Source: Eledone cirrhosa (lineage: Eukaryota). From it: a DNA stretch of 64,000 nucleotides. Where the stretch lies: assembly GCA_964016885.1 (NCBI GenBank), contig CAXHJY010000161.1, positions 1-64,000 of the forward strand. The letters are read 5' to 3'. The notes beneath the pieces are model-generated. The model ran no database searches. It was given only the letters and a program-made list of their open reading frames with translations, and was not told the origin of the DNA. Of the stretch, positions 31,401-45,900 are shown one piece after another. The translations under genes were made by a program, and so were the position numbers. The number at the start of each line of letters is the position of its first letter. Position 1 is the stretch's first letter.

Positions 31401-34400
31401 ACAGCAACAACAACAACACCGACACTGACACAGAAAACAGCAACAACTACAACAACACTGGCACGGAAAACAGCAACAACAGCAACAACAACACTGGCAC
31501 TGACACAGAAAACAGCAACAACAACACTGGCACTGACACAGAAAACAGCAACAACAGTAACAATAACCGTGGCACTGACACAGAAAACAGCAACAACAGC
31601 AACAATAACACTGGCACTGGCACAGAAAACAGCAACAGCAACACTGGAACTGACACAGAAAACAGCAACAGTAACAACAACAACACTGGCACTGACAAAG
31701 AAAACAGCAACAACAACAACACTGGCACTGACACAGAAAACAAAAACAACAACAACACTGGCACTGACAGTGAAAATAACAACAGCAACAACACTGGCAC
31801 TGACAGAGAAAACAGCAACAACAACAACACCGGCACTGACACAGAAAACAGCAACAACAACAACACTGGCACTGACACAGAAAACAGCAAAAACTACAAC
31901 AACACTGGCACTGACACAGAAAACAGAAACAACTACAACAACACTGGCACTGACAGAGAAAGCAGCAACAACTACAACAACACTGGCACTGACAGAGAAA
32001 ACAGCAACAGCAACAACACTGGCACTGACACAGAAAACAGCAACAACTACAACAACACTGGCACTAACACAGAAAACAGCAACAACTACAACACTGGCAC
32101 TGACACAGAAAACAGCAACAACTACAACAACACTGGCACTGACAGAGAAAACAGCAACAACAACAACACCGTCATTGACAGAGAAAACAGCAGCAACAAC
32201 AACAACACTGGCACTGACAGAGAAAACAGCAACAACAACACTGGCACTGACACAGAAAACAGCAACAACTACAACAACACTGGCACTGACAGAGAAAACA
32301 GCAACAACTACAACAACACTGGCACTGACAGAGAAAACAGCAACAACTACAACAACACTGGCACTGACACAGTAAACAGCAACAACTACAACAACACTGG
32401 CACTGACACAGAAAACAGCAACAGCTACAACAACACTGGCACTGACAGAGAAAACAGCAACAACAACAACACTGGCACTGACACAGAAAACAGCAACAAC
32501 TACAACAACACTGGCACTGACAGTGAAAATAGCAACAACAACACTGGCACTGACACAGAAAACAGCAACAACAACAACACTGGCACTGACACAGAAAACA
32601 GCAACAACAGCAACAACACTGGCACTGACACAGAAAACAGCAACAATTACAACAACACTGGCACTGACAGAGAAAACAGCAACAACTACAACAACACTGG
32701 CACTGACACAGAAAACAGCAACAACTACAACAACACTGGCACTGACACAGAAAACAGCAACAACAACAACACTGGCACTGACAGAGAAAACAGCAACAAC
32801 AACACTGGCACTGACAGAGAAAACAGCAACAACAACAACACTGGCACAGACACAGAAAACAGCAACAACAACAGTGGCACTGACACAGAAAACAGCAACA
32901 ACTACAACAACACTGGCACTGACAGAGAAAACAGCAACAACAACAACACTGGCACTGACACAGAAAACAGCAACAACTACAACAACACTGGCACTGACAG
33001 AGAAAACAGCAACAACTACAACAACACTGGCACTGACAGAGAAAATAGCAACAACTACAACAACACTGGCACTGACAGAGAAAACAGCAACAACAAAAAC
33101 ACTGGCACTGACACAGAAAACAACAACAACTACAACAACACTGGCACTGACAGAGAAAACAGCAACAACAACAACACTGGCACTGACACAGAAAACAGCA
33201 ACAACTACAACAACACTGGCACTGACAGACAAAACAGCAACAACTACAACAACACTGGCACTGACAGAGAAAACAGCAACAACTACAACAACACTGGCAC
33301 TGACACTGAAAAAAGCAACAACTACAACAACACTGGCACTGACACAGAAAACAGCAACAACTACAACAACACTGGCACTGACACAGAAAACAGCAACAAC
33401 AACAACACTGGCACTGACAGAGAAAACAGCAACAACTACAACAACACTGGCACTGACACAGAAAACAGCAAAAACTACAACAACACTGGCACTGACAGAG
33501 AAAACAGCAACAACAACAGTGGCACTGACACAGAAAACAGCAACAACTACAACAACACTGGCACTGACAGTGAAAACAGCAACAACAACAACACTGGCAC
33601 TGACACAGAAAACAGCAACAACTACAACAACACTGGCACTAACACAGAAAACAGCAACAACTACAACATCACTGGCACTGACAGAGAAAACAGCAACAGC
33701 AACAACACTGGCACTGACAGTGGAAATAGCAACAACAACAACACTGGCACTGACACAGAAAACAGCAACAACAACAACCCTGGCACTGACACAGAAAACA
33801 GCAACAACTACAACAACACTGGCACTGACAGAAAAAACAGCAACTACAACACTGGCACTGACAGAGAAAACAGCAGCAACAACAACAACACTGGCACTGA
33901 CAGCGAAAACAGCAACAACTACAACAACACTGGCACTGACAGAGAAAACAGCAACAACTACAACAACACTGGCACTGAAAGAGAAAACAGCAACAACTAC
34001 AACAACACTGGCACTGACACAGAAAACAGCAACAACTACAACAACTCTGGCACTGACAGAGAAAACAGCAACAACTACAACAACAATGGCACTGACACAG
34101 AAAACAGCAACAACTACAACAACACTGGCACTGACACAGAAAACAGCAACAACTACAACAACACTGGCACTGACACAGAAAACAACAACAACAACACTGG
34201 CACTGACACAGAAAACAGCAACAACAACAACACTGGCACTGACACAGAAAACAGCAACAACAACAACACTGGCACTGACAGAGAAAACAGCAACAACAAC
34301 AACACCGGCACTGACACAGAAAACAGCAACAACTACAACAACACTGGCACTGACAGAGAAAACAGCAACAACTACAACAACACTGGCACTGACAGAGAAA

Positions 34401-37400
34401 ACAGCAACAACAACAACACTGGCACTGACACAGAAAACAGCAACAACAACAACACTGGCACTGACACAGAAAACACCAACAACAACAACACTGGCACTGA
34501 CAGAGAAAACAGCAACAACAACAACACCGGCACTGACACAGAAAACAGCAACAACTACAACAACACTGGCACTGACAGAGAAAACAGCAACAACTACAAC
34601 AACACTGGCACTGACAGAGAAAACAGCAACAACAACAACACTGGCACTGACACAGAAAACAGCAACAACAACAACACTGGCACTGACACAGAAAACAGCA
34701 ACAACAACAACACTGGCACTGACAGAGAAAACAGCAACAACTACAACAACACTGGCACTGACAGAGAAAACAGCAACAACTACAACAACACTGGCACTGA
34801 CACAGAAAACAGCAACAACTACAACAACACTGGCACTGTCACAGAAAACAGCAACAACAACAACAATGGCACTGGCACAGAAAACAGCAACAACAACAAC
34901 ACTGGCACTGACACAGAAAACAGCAACAACAAAACTGGCACTGACAGAGAAAACAGCAACAACAACAACACCGGCACTGACACAGAAAACAGCAACAACT
35001 ACAACAACACTGGCACTGACAGAGAAAACAGCAACAACAACAACACTGGCACTGACAGAGAAAACAGCAACAACTACAACAACACTGGCACTGACAGAGA
35101 AAACAGCAACAACTACAACAACACTGGCACTGACAGAGAAAACAGCAACAACAAAAACACTGGCACTGACACAGAAAACAGCAACAACTACAACAACACT
35201 GGCACTGACAGAGAAAACAGCAACAACTACAACAACACTGGCAGTGACAGAGAAAACAGCAACAGCAACAACACTGGCACTGACACAGAAAACAGCAACA
35301 ACAACAACACTGGCACTGACAGAGAAAACAGCAACAACAACACTGGCACTGACAGAGAAAACAGCAACAACAACAACACTGGCACTGACAGAGAAAACAA
35401 CAACAACAACACTCGCACTGACAGAGAAAACAGCAACAACAACACTGGCACAGACACAGAAGACAGCAACAACAACAGTGGCACTGACACAGAGAACAGC
35501 AACAACTACAACAACACTGGCACTGACAGAGAAAACAGCAACAACAACAACACTGGCACTGACACAGAAAACAGAAACAACTACAACAACACTGGCACTG
35601 ACAGAGAAAGCAGCAACAACTACAACAACACTGGCACTGACAGAGAAAACAGCAACAGCAACAACACTGGCACTGACACAGAAAACAGCAACAACTACAA
35701 CAACACTGGCACTAACACAGAAAACAGCAACAACTACAACACTGGCACTGACACAGAAAACAGCAACAACTACAACAACACTGGCACTGACAGAGAAAAC
35801 AGCAACAACAACAACACTGGCATTGACAGAGAAAACAGCAGCAACAACAACAACACTGACACTGACAGAGAAAACAGCAACAACAACACTGGCACTGACA
35901 CAGTAAACAGCAACAACTACAACAACACTGGCACTGACACAGAAAACAGCAACAACTACAACAACACTGGCACTGACACAGAAAACAGCAACAGCTACAA
36001 CAACACTGGCACTGACACAGAAAACAGCAACAACAACAACACTGGCACTGACACAGAAAACAGCAACAACAAAAACACTGGCACTGACAGAGAAAACAGC
36101 AACAACAACAACACTGGCACTGACAGAGAAAACAGCAACAACAACAACACCGGCACTGACACAGAAAACAGCAACAACTACAACAACACTGGCACTGACA
36201 GAGAAAACAGCAACAACTACAACAACACTGGTACTGACAGAGAAAACAGCAACAACAACAACACTGGCACTGACACAGAAAACAGCAACAACTACAACAC
36301 TGGCACTGACAAAGAAAACAGCAACAGCAACAACACTGGCACTGACACAGAAAACAGCAACAACAGCAACAACAACACTGGCACTGACAGAGAAAACAGC
36401 AACAACAACACTGGCACTGACACAGAAAACAGCAACAACTACAACAACACTGGCACTGACAGAGAAAACAGCAACAACAACAACACCGGCACTGACACAG
36501 AAAACAGCAACAACTACAACAACACTGGCACTGACAGAGAAAACAGCAACAACTACAACAACACTGGCACTGACAGAGAAAACAGCAACAACTACAACAA
36601 CACTGGCACTGACAGAGAAAATAGCAACAACTACAACAACACTGGCACTGACACAGAAAACAGCAACAACTACAACAACACTGGCACTGACACAGAAAAC
36701 AGCAACAACAACAACACTGGCACTGACAGAGAAAACAGCAACAACAACAACACCGGCACTGACACAGAAAACAGCAACAACTACAACAACACTGGCACGG
36801 AAAACAGCAACAACAGCAACAACAACACTGGCACTGACACAGAAAACAGCAACAACAGCAACAACAACACTGGCACTGACACAGAAAACAGCAACAACAG
36901 CAACAACAACCGTGGCACTGACACAGAAAACAGCAACAACAGCAACAATAACACTGGCACTGGCACAGAAAACAGCAACAGCAACACTGGAACTGACACA
37001 GAAAACAGCAACAGTAACAACAACAACACTGGCACTGACACAGAAAACAGCAACAACAACAACACTGGCACTGACACAGAAAACAGCAGCAACAACAACA
37101 CTGGCACTGACAGTGAAAATAGCAACAACAACAACACTGGCACTGACAGAGAAAACAGCAACAACAACAAGACTGGCACTGACACAGAAAACAGCAACAA
37201 CTACAACAACACTGGCACTGACAGTGAAAATAGCAACAACATCACTGGCACTGACACGGAAAACAGCAACAACAACGACACTGGCACTGACACAGAAAAC
37301 AGCAACAACAGCAACAACACTGACACAGAAAATAGCAACAATTACAACAACACTGGCACTGACAGAGAAAACAGCAACAACTACAACAACACTGGCACTG

Positions 37401-39643
37401 ACAGAGAAAACAGCAACAACAAAAACACTGGCACTGACACAGAAAACAGCAACAACTACAACAACACTGGCACTGACAGAGAAAACGGCAACAACTACAA
37501 CAACACTGGCACTGACAGAGAAAACAGCAACAACTACAACAACACTGGCACTGACAGAGAAAACAGCAACAACAACACTGGCACTGACACAGAAAACAGC
37601 AACAACTACAAGAACACTGGCACTGACAGAGAAAACAGCAACAACTACAACAACACTGGCACTGACAGAGAAAACAGCAACAACTACAACAACACTGGCA
37701 CTGACACAGAAAACAGCAACAACTACAACAACACTGGCACTGACACAGAAAACAGCAACAACTACAACAACACTGGCACTGACAGAGAAAACAGCAACAA
37801 CAACAACACTGGCATTGACACAGAAAACAGCAACAACTACAACAACACTGGCACTGACAGAGAAAACAGCAACAACTACATCAACACTGGCACTGACAGA
37901 GAAAACAACAACAACTACAACAACACTGGCACTGACACAGAAAACAGCAACAACTACAACAACACTGGCACTGACACAGAAAACAGCAACAACAACACTG
38001 GCACTGACAGAGAAAACAGCAACAACAACAACACCGGCACTGACACAGAAAACAGCAACAACTACAACAACACTGGCACTGACACAGAAAACAGCAAAAA
38101 CTACAACAACACTGGCACTGACAGAGAAAACAGCAACAACAACAGTGGCACTGACACAGAAAACAGCAACAACTACAACAACACTGGCACTGACAGAGAA
38201 AACAGCAACAACAACAACACTGGCACTGACACAGAAAACAGCAACAACTACAACAACACTGGCACTGACAGAGAAAGCTGCAACAACTACAACAACACTG
38301 GCACTGACAGAGAAAACAGCAACAACAACAACACTGGCACTGACACAGAAAACAGCAACAACTACAACAACAATGGCACTAACACAGAAAACAGCAACAA
38401 CTACAACATCACTGGCACTGACAGAGAAAACAGCAACAGCAACAACACTGGCACTGACAGTGAAAATAGCAACAACAACAACACTGGCACTGACACAGAA
38501 AACAGCAACAACAACAACACTGGCACTGACACAGAAACAGCAACAACTACAACAACACTGGCACTGACAGAAAAAACAGCAACAACTACAACAACACTGG
38601 CACTGACAGAGAAAACAGCAACAACAAAAACACTGGCACTGACACAGAAAACAGCAACAACTACAACAACACTGGCACTGACAGAGAAAACAGCAACAAC
38701 TACAACAACACTGGCAGTGACAGAGAAAACAGCAACAGCAACAACACTGGCACTGACACAGAAAACAGCAACAACAACAACACTGGCACTGACAGAGAAA
38801 ACAGCAACAACAACACTGGCACTGACAGAGAAAACAGCAACAACAACAACACTGGCACTGACAGAGAAAACAACAACAACAACACTGGCACTGACAGAGA
38901 AAACAGCAACAACAACAACACTGGCACAGACACAGAAAACAGCAACAACAACAGTGGCACTGACACAGAAAACAGCAACAACTACAACAACACTGGCACT
39001 GACAGAGAAAACAGCAACAACAACAACACTGGCACTGACACAGAAAACAGAAACAACTACAACAACACTGGCACTGACAGAGAAAGCAGCAACAACTACA
39101 ACAACACTGGCACTGACAGAGAAAACAGCAACAGCAACAACACTGGCACTGACACAGAAAACAGCAACAACTACAACAACACTGGCACTAACACAGAAAA
39201 CAGCAACAACTACAACATCACTGGCACTGACAGAGAAAACAGCAACAGTAACAACACTGGCACTGACAGTGAAAATAGCAACAACAACAACACTGGCACT
39301 GACACAGAAAACAGCAACAACAACAACACTGGCACTGACACAGAAAACAGCAACAACTACAACAACACTGGCACTGACAGAGAAAACAGCAACAACAACA
39401 ACACTGGCAATCACACAAAAAACAGCAACAACTACAACAACACTGGCACTGACAGAGAAAGCAGCAACAACTACAACAACACTGGCACTGACACAGAAAA
39501 CAGCAACAACTACAACAACACTGGCACTGACAGAGAAAACAGCAACAACTACAACAACACTGGCACTGACAGAGAAAACAGCAACAACAACAACACTGGC
39601 ACTGATTAGAAAACAGCAACAACTACAACAACACTGGCACTGA
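25496..39643 (+). other. Start-less stop-free reading frame of about 4,700 codons: (TGTD[T/R]ENSNNYNN)n to about 38535, then the Thr-rich register
   Basis: TGA at 25493-25495, then no in-frame stop seen by eye until 39641-39643. The ORF track lists only the tail 38717..39643 because that is the first in-frame start codon. Coding status is unsupported. Confidence 0.3.
26660..35900. repeat. Direct duplication at about 6.3-6.4 kb spacing (about 26.7-29.6 kb matches about 33.1-35.9 kb)
   Basis: ctgacactgaaaaaagc at 26901/33300; ORFs 28054/34372 (+6318) and 28912/35227 (+6315); shared gtggaaatagc, cagcgaaa, gaaagag, aacacc and ctgtcacag variants. Confidence 0.82.
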
Positions 39644-42600
39644 CAGAGAAAACAGCAACAACTACAACAACACTGGCACTGACAGAGAAAACAGCAACAA
39701 CTACAACAACACTGGCACTGACACAGTAAACAGCAACAACTACAACAACACTGGCACTGACACAGAAAACAGCAACAGCTACAACAACACTGGCACTGAC
39801 AGAGAAAACAGCAACAACAACAACACTGGCACTGACACAGAAAACAGCAACAACTACAACAACACTGGCACTGACAGTGAAAATAGCAACAACAACACTG
39901 GCACTGACACAGAAAACAGCAACAACAACAACACTGGCACTGACACAGAAAACAGCAACAACAGCAACAACACTGGCACTGACACAGAAAACAGCAACAA
40001 TTACAACAACACTGGCACTGACAGAGAAAACAGCAACAACTACAACAACACTGGCACTGACACAGGAAACAGCAACAACTACAACAACACTGGCACTGAC
40101 ACAGAAAACAGCAACAATAACAACACTGGCACTGACAGAGAAAACAGCAACAACAACACTGGCACTGACAGAGAAAACAGCAACAACAACAACACTGGCA
40201 CAGACACAGAAAACAGAAACAACAACAGTGGCACTGACACAGAAAACAGCAACAACTACAACAACACTGGCACTGACAGAGAGAACAGCAACAACAACAA
40301 CACTGGCACTGACACAGAAAACAGCAACAACTACAACAACACTGGCACTGACAGAGAAAACAGCAACAACTACAACAACACTGGCACTGCCAGAGAAAAT
40401 TACAACAACTACAACAACACTGGCACTGACACAGAAAACAGCAACAACTACAACAACACTGGCACTGACACAGAAAACAGCAACAGCTACAACACTGGCA
40501 CTGACACAGAAAACAGCAACAACTACAACAACACTGGCACTGACAGTGAAAATAGCAACAACAACACTGGCACTGACACAGAAAACAGCAACAACTACAA
40601 GAACACTGGCACTGACAGAGAAAACAGCAACAACTACAACAACACTGGCACTGACAGAGAAAACAGCAACAACTACAACAACACTGGCACTGACACAGAA
40701 AACAGCAACAACTACAACAACACTGGCACTGACACAGAAAACAGCAACAACTACAACAACACTGGCACTGACAGAGAAAACAGCAACAACAACAACATTG
40801 GCATTGACACAGAAAACAGCAACAACTACAACAACACTGGCACTGACAGAGAAAACAGCAACAACTACAACAACACTGGCACTGACAGAGAAAACAGCAA
40901 CAACTACAACAACACTGGCACTGACACAGAAAACAGCAACAACTACAACAACACTGGCACTGACACAGAAAACAGCAACAACTACAACAACACTGGCACT
41001 GACACAGAAAACAGCAACAACAACACTGGCACTGACAGAGAAAACAGCAACAACAACAACACCGGCACTGACACAGAAAACAGCAACAACAACAACACTG
41101 GCACTGACACAGAAAACAGCAACAACTACAACAACACTGGCACTGACAGAAAAAACAGCAACAACTACAACAACACTGGCACTGACAGAGAAAACAGCAA
41201 CATCAAAAACACTGGCACTGACACAGAAAACAGCAACAACTACAACAACACTGGCACGGAAAACAGCAACAACAGCAACAACAACACTGGCACTGACACA
41301 GAAAACAGCAACAACAACACTGGCACTGACACAGAAAACAGCAACAACAGCAACAATAACCGTGGCACTGACAGAGAAAACAGCAACAACAGCAACAATA
41401 ACACTGGCACTGGCACAGAAAACAGCAACAGCAACACTGGAACTGACACAGAAAACAGCAACAGTAACAACAACAACACTGGCACTGACAAAGAAAACAT
41501 CAACAACAACAACACTGGCACTGACACAGAAAACAAAAACAACAACAACACTGGCACTGACAGTGAAAATAGCAACAGCAACAACACTGGCACTGACAGT
41601 GAAAATAGCAACAGCAACAACACTGGCACTGACAGAGAAAACAGCAACAACAACACCGGCACTAACACAGAAAACAGCAACAACAACAACACTGGCACTG
41701 ACACAGAAAACAGCAAAAACTACAACAACACTGGCACTGACAGAGAAAACAGCAACAAGAACAGTGGCACTGACACAGAAAACAGCAACAACTACAACAA
41801 CACTGGCACTGACAGAGAAAACAGCAACAACAACAACACTGGCACTGACACAGAAAACAGAAACAACTACAACAACACTGGCACTGACAGAGAAAGCAGC
41901 AACAACTACAACAACACTGGCACTGACAGAGAAAACAGCAACAGCAACAACACTGGCACTGACACAGAAAACAGCAACAACTACAACAACACTGGCACTA
42001 ACACAGAAAACAGCAACAACTACAACATCACTGGCACTGACAGAGAAAACAGCAACAGTAACAACACTGGCACTGACAGTGAAACTAGCAACAACAACAA
42101 CACTGGCACTGACACAGAAAACAGCAACAACAACAACACTGGCACTGACACAGAAAACAGCAACAACTACAACAACACTGGCACTGACAGAGAAAACAGC
42201 AACAACAACAACACTGGCAATCACACAAAAAACAGCAACAACTACAACAACACTGGCACTGACAGAGAAAGCAGCAACAACTACAACAACACTGGCACTG
42301 ACAGAGAAAACAGCAACAGCAACAACACTGGCACTGACACAGAAAACAGCAACAACTACAACAACACTGGCACTAACACAGAAAACAGTAACAACTACAA
42401 CATCACTGGCACTGACAGAGAAAACAGCAACAGCAACAACACTGGCACTGACAGTGAAAATAGCAACAACAACAACACTAGCACTGACACAGAAAACAGC
42501 AACAACAACAACACTGGCACTGACACAGAAAACAGCAACAACTACAACAACACTGGCACTGACAGAAAAAAACAGCAACAACTACAACACTGGCACTGAC

Positions 42601-42936
42601 AGAGAAAACAGCAGCAACAGCAACAACACTGGCACTGACAGAGAAAACAGCAACAACTACAACAACACTGGCACTGACACAGAAAACAGCAACAACTACA
42701 ACAACACTGGCACTGACAGAGAAAACAGCAACAACTACAACAACACTGGCACTGACAGAGAAAACAGCAACAACAACAACACTGGCACTGACTAGAAAAC
42801 AGCAACAACTACAACAACACTGGCACTGACAGAGAAAACAGCAACAACTACAACAACACTGGCACTGACAGAGAAAACAGCAACAACTACAACAACACTG
42901 GCACTGACAGAGAAAATAGCAACAACTACAACAACA
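36300..42936. repeat. Higher-order repeat copy A (about 6.64 kb)
   Basis: Rare variants recur at +6637 (gacaaag 36308/42945, ggcacgg 36794/43431, gaaacagc 38534/45171). ORF translations 36912..38567 and 43549..45204 are identical. Boundaries are approximate. Confidence 0.9.
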
Positions 42937-45900
42937 CTGGCACTGACAAAGAAAACAGCAACAGCAACAACACTGGCACTGACACAGAAAACAGCAACAA
43001 CAGCAACAACAACACTGGCACTGACAGAGAAAACAGCAACAACAACACTGGCACTGACACAGAAAACAGCAACAACTACAACAACACTGGCACTGACAGA
43101 GAAAACAGCAACAACAACAACACCGGCACTGACACAGAAAACAGCAACAACTACAACAACACTGGCACTGACAGAGAAAACAGCAACAACTACAACAACA
43201 CTGGCACTGACAGAGAAAACAGCAACAACTACAACAACACTGGCACTGACAGAGAAAATAGCAACAACTACAACAACACTGGCACTGACACAGAAAACAG
43301 CAACAACTACAACAACACTGGCACTGACACAGAAAACAGCAACAACAACAACACTGGCACTGACAGAGAAAACAGCAACAACAACAACACCGGCACTGAC
43401 ACAGAAAACAGCAACAACTACAACAACACTGGCACGGAAAACAGCAACAACAGCAACAACAACACTGGCACTGACACAGAAAACAGCAACAACAGCAACA
43501 ACAACACTGGCACTGACACAGAAAACAGCAACAACAGCAACAACAACCGTGGCACTGACACAGAAAACAGCAACAACAGCAACAATAACACTGGCACTGG
43601 CACAGAAAACAGCAACAGCAACACTGGAACTGACACAGAAAACAGCAACAGTAACAACAACAACACTGGCACTGACACAGAAAACAGCAACAACAACAAC
43701 ACTGGCACTGACACAGAAAACAGCAGCAACAACAACACTGGCACTGACAGTGAAAATAGCAACAACAACAACACTGGCACTGACAGAGAAAACAGCAACA
43801 ACAACAAGACTGGCACTGACACAGAAAACAGCAACAACTACAACAACACTGGCACTGACAGTGAAAATAGCAACAACATCACTGGCACTGACACGGAAAA
43901 CAGCAACAACAACGACACTGGCACTGACACAGAAAACAGCAACAACAGCAACAACACTGACACAGAAAATAGCAACAATTACAACAACACTGGCACTGAC
44001 AGAGAAAACAGCAACAACTACAACAACACTGGCACTGACAGAGAAAACAGCAACAACAAAAACACTGGCACTGACACAGAAAACAGCAACAACTACAACA
44101 ACACTGGCACTGACAGAGAAAACGGCAACAACTACAACAACACTGGCACTGACAGAGAAAACAGCAACAACTACAACAACACTGGCACTGACAGAGAAAA
44201 CAGCAACAACAACACTGGCACTGACACAGAAAACAGCAACAACTACAAGAACACTGGCACTGACAGAGAAAACAGCAACAACTACAACAACACTGGCACT
44301 GACAGAGAAAACAGCAACAACTACAACAACACTGGCACTGACACAGAAAACAGCAACAACTACAACAACACTGGCACTGACACAGAAAACAGCAACAACT
44401 ACAACAACACTGGCACTGACAGAGAAAACAGCAACAACAACAACACTGGCATTGACACAGAAAACAGCAACAACTACAACAACACTGGCACTGACAGAGA
44501 AAACAGCAACAACTACATCAACACTGGCACTGACAGAGAAAACAACAACAACTACAACAACACTGGCACTGACACAGAAAACAGCAACAACTACAACAAC
44601 ACTGGCACTGACACAGAAAACAGCAACAACAACACTGGCACTGACAGAGAAAACAGCAACAACAACAACACCGGCACTGACACAGAAAACAGCAACAACT
44701 ACAACAACACTGGCACTGACACAGAAAACAGCAAAAACTACAACAACACTGGCACTGACAGAGAAAACAGCAACAACAACAGTGGCACTGACACAGAAAA
44801 CAGCAACAACTACAACAACACTGGCACTGACAGAGAAAACAGCAACAACAACAACACTGGCACTGACACAGAAAACAGCAACAACTACAACAACACTGGC
44901 ACTGACAGAGAAAGCTGCAACAACTACAACAACACTGGCACTGACAGAGAAAACAGCAACAACAACAACACTGGCACTGACACAGAAAACAGCAACAACT
45001 ACAACAACAATGGCACTAACACAGAAAACAGCAACAACTACAACATCACTGGCACTGACAGAGAAAACAGCAACAGCAACAACACTGGCACTGACAGTGA
45101 AAATAGCAACAACAACAACACTGGCACTGACACAGAAAACAGCAACAACAACAACACTGGCACTGACACAGAAACAGCAACAACTACAACAACACTGGCA
45201 CTGACAGAAAAAACAGCAACAACTACAACAACACTGGCACTGACAGAGAAAACAGCAACAACAAAAACACTGGCACTGACACAGAAAACAGCAACAACTA
45301 CAACAACACTGGCACTGACAGAGAAAACAGCAACAACTACAACAACACTGGCAGTGACAGAGAAAACAGTAACAACTACAACACTGGCACTGACACAGAA
45401 AACAGCAACAACAACAACACTGGCACTGACAGAGAAAACAGCAACAACAACACTGGCACTGACAGAGAAAACAGCAACAACAACAACACTGGCACTGACA
45501 GAGAAAACAACAACAACAACACTGGCACTGACAGAGAAAACAGCAACAACAACAACACTGGCACAGACACAGAAAACAGCAACAACAACAGTGGCACTGA
45601 CACAGAAAACAGCAACAACTACAACAACACTGGCACTGACAGAGAAAACAGCAACAACAACAACACTGGCACTGACACAGAAAACAGAAACAACTACAAC
45701 AACACTGGCACTGACAGAGAAAGCAGCAACAACTACAACAACACTGGCACTGACAGAGAAAACAGCAACAGCAACAACACTGGCACTGACACAGAAAACA
45801 GCAACAACAACAACACTGGCACTGACAGAGAAAACAGCAACAACAACACTGGCACTGACAGAGAAAACAGCAACAACAACAACACTGGCACTGACAGAGA

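Noticed and set aside
25442-33232. Val-rich 2596-aa ORF and the Leu-rich minus-strand ORFs as membrane proteins
   Set aside because: They are antisense shadows of (AAC)n. Continuous hydrophobic sequence without loops or charged residues is implausible, and openness follows from the scarcity of tta/cta/tca in that register.
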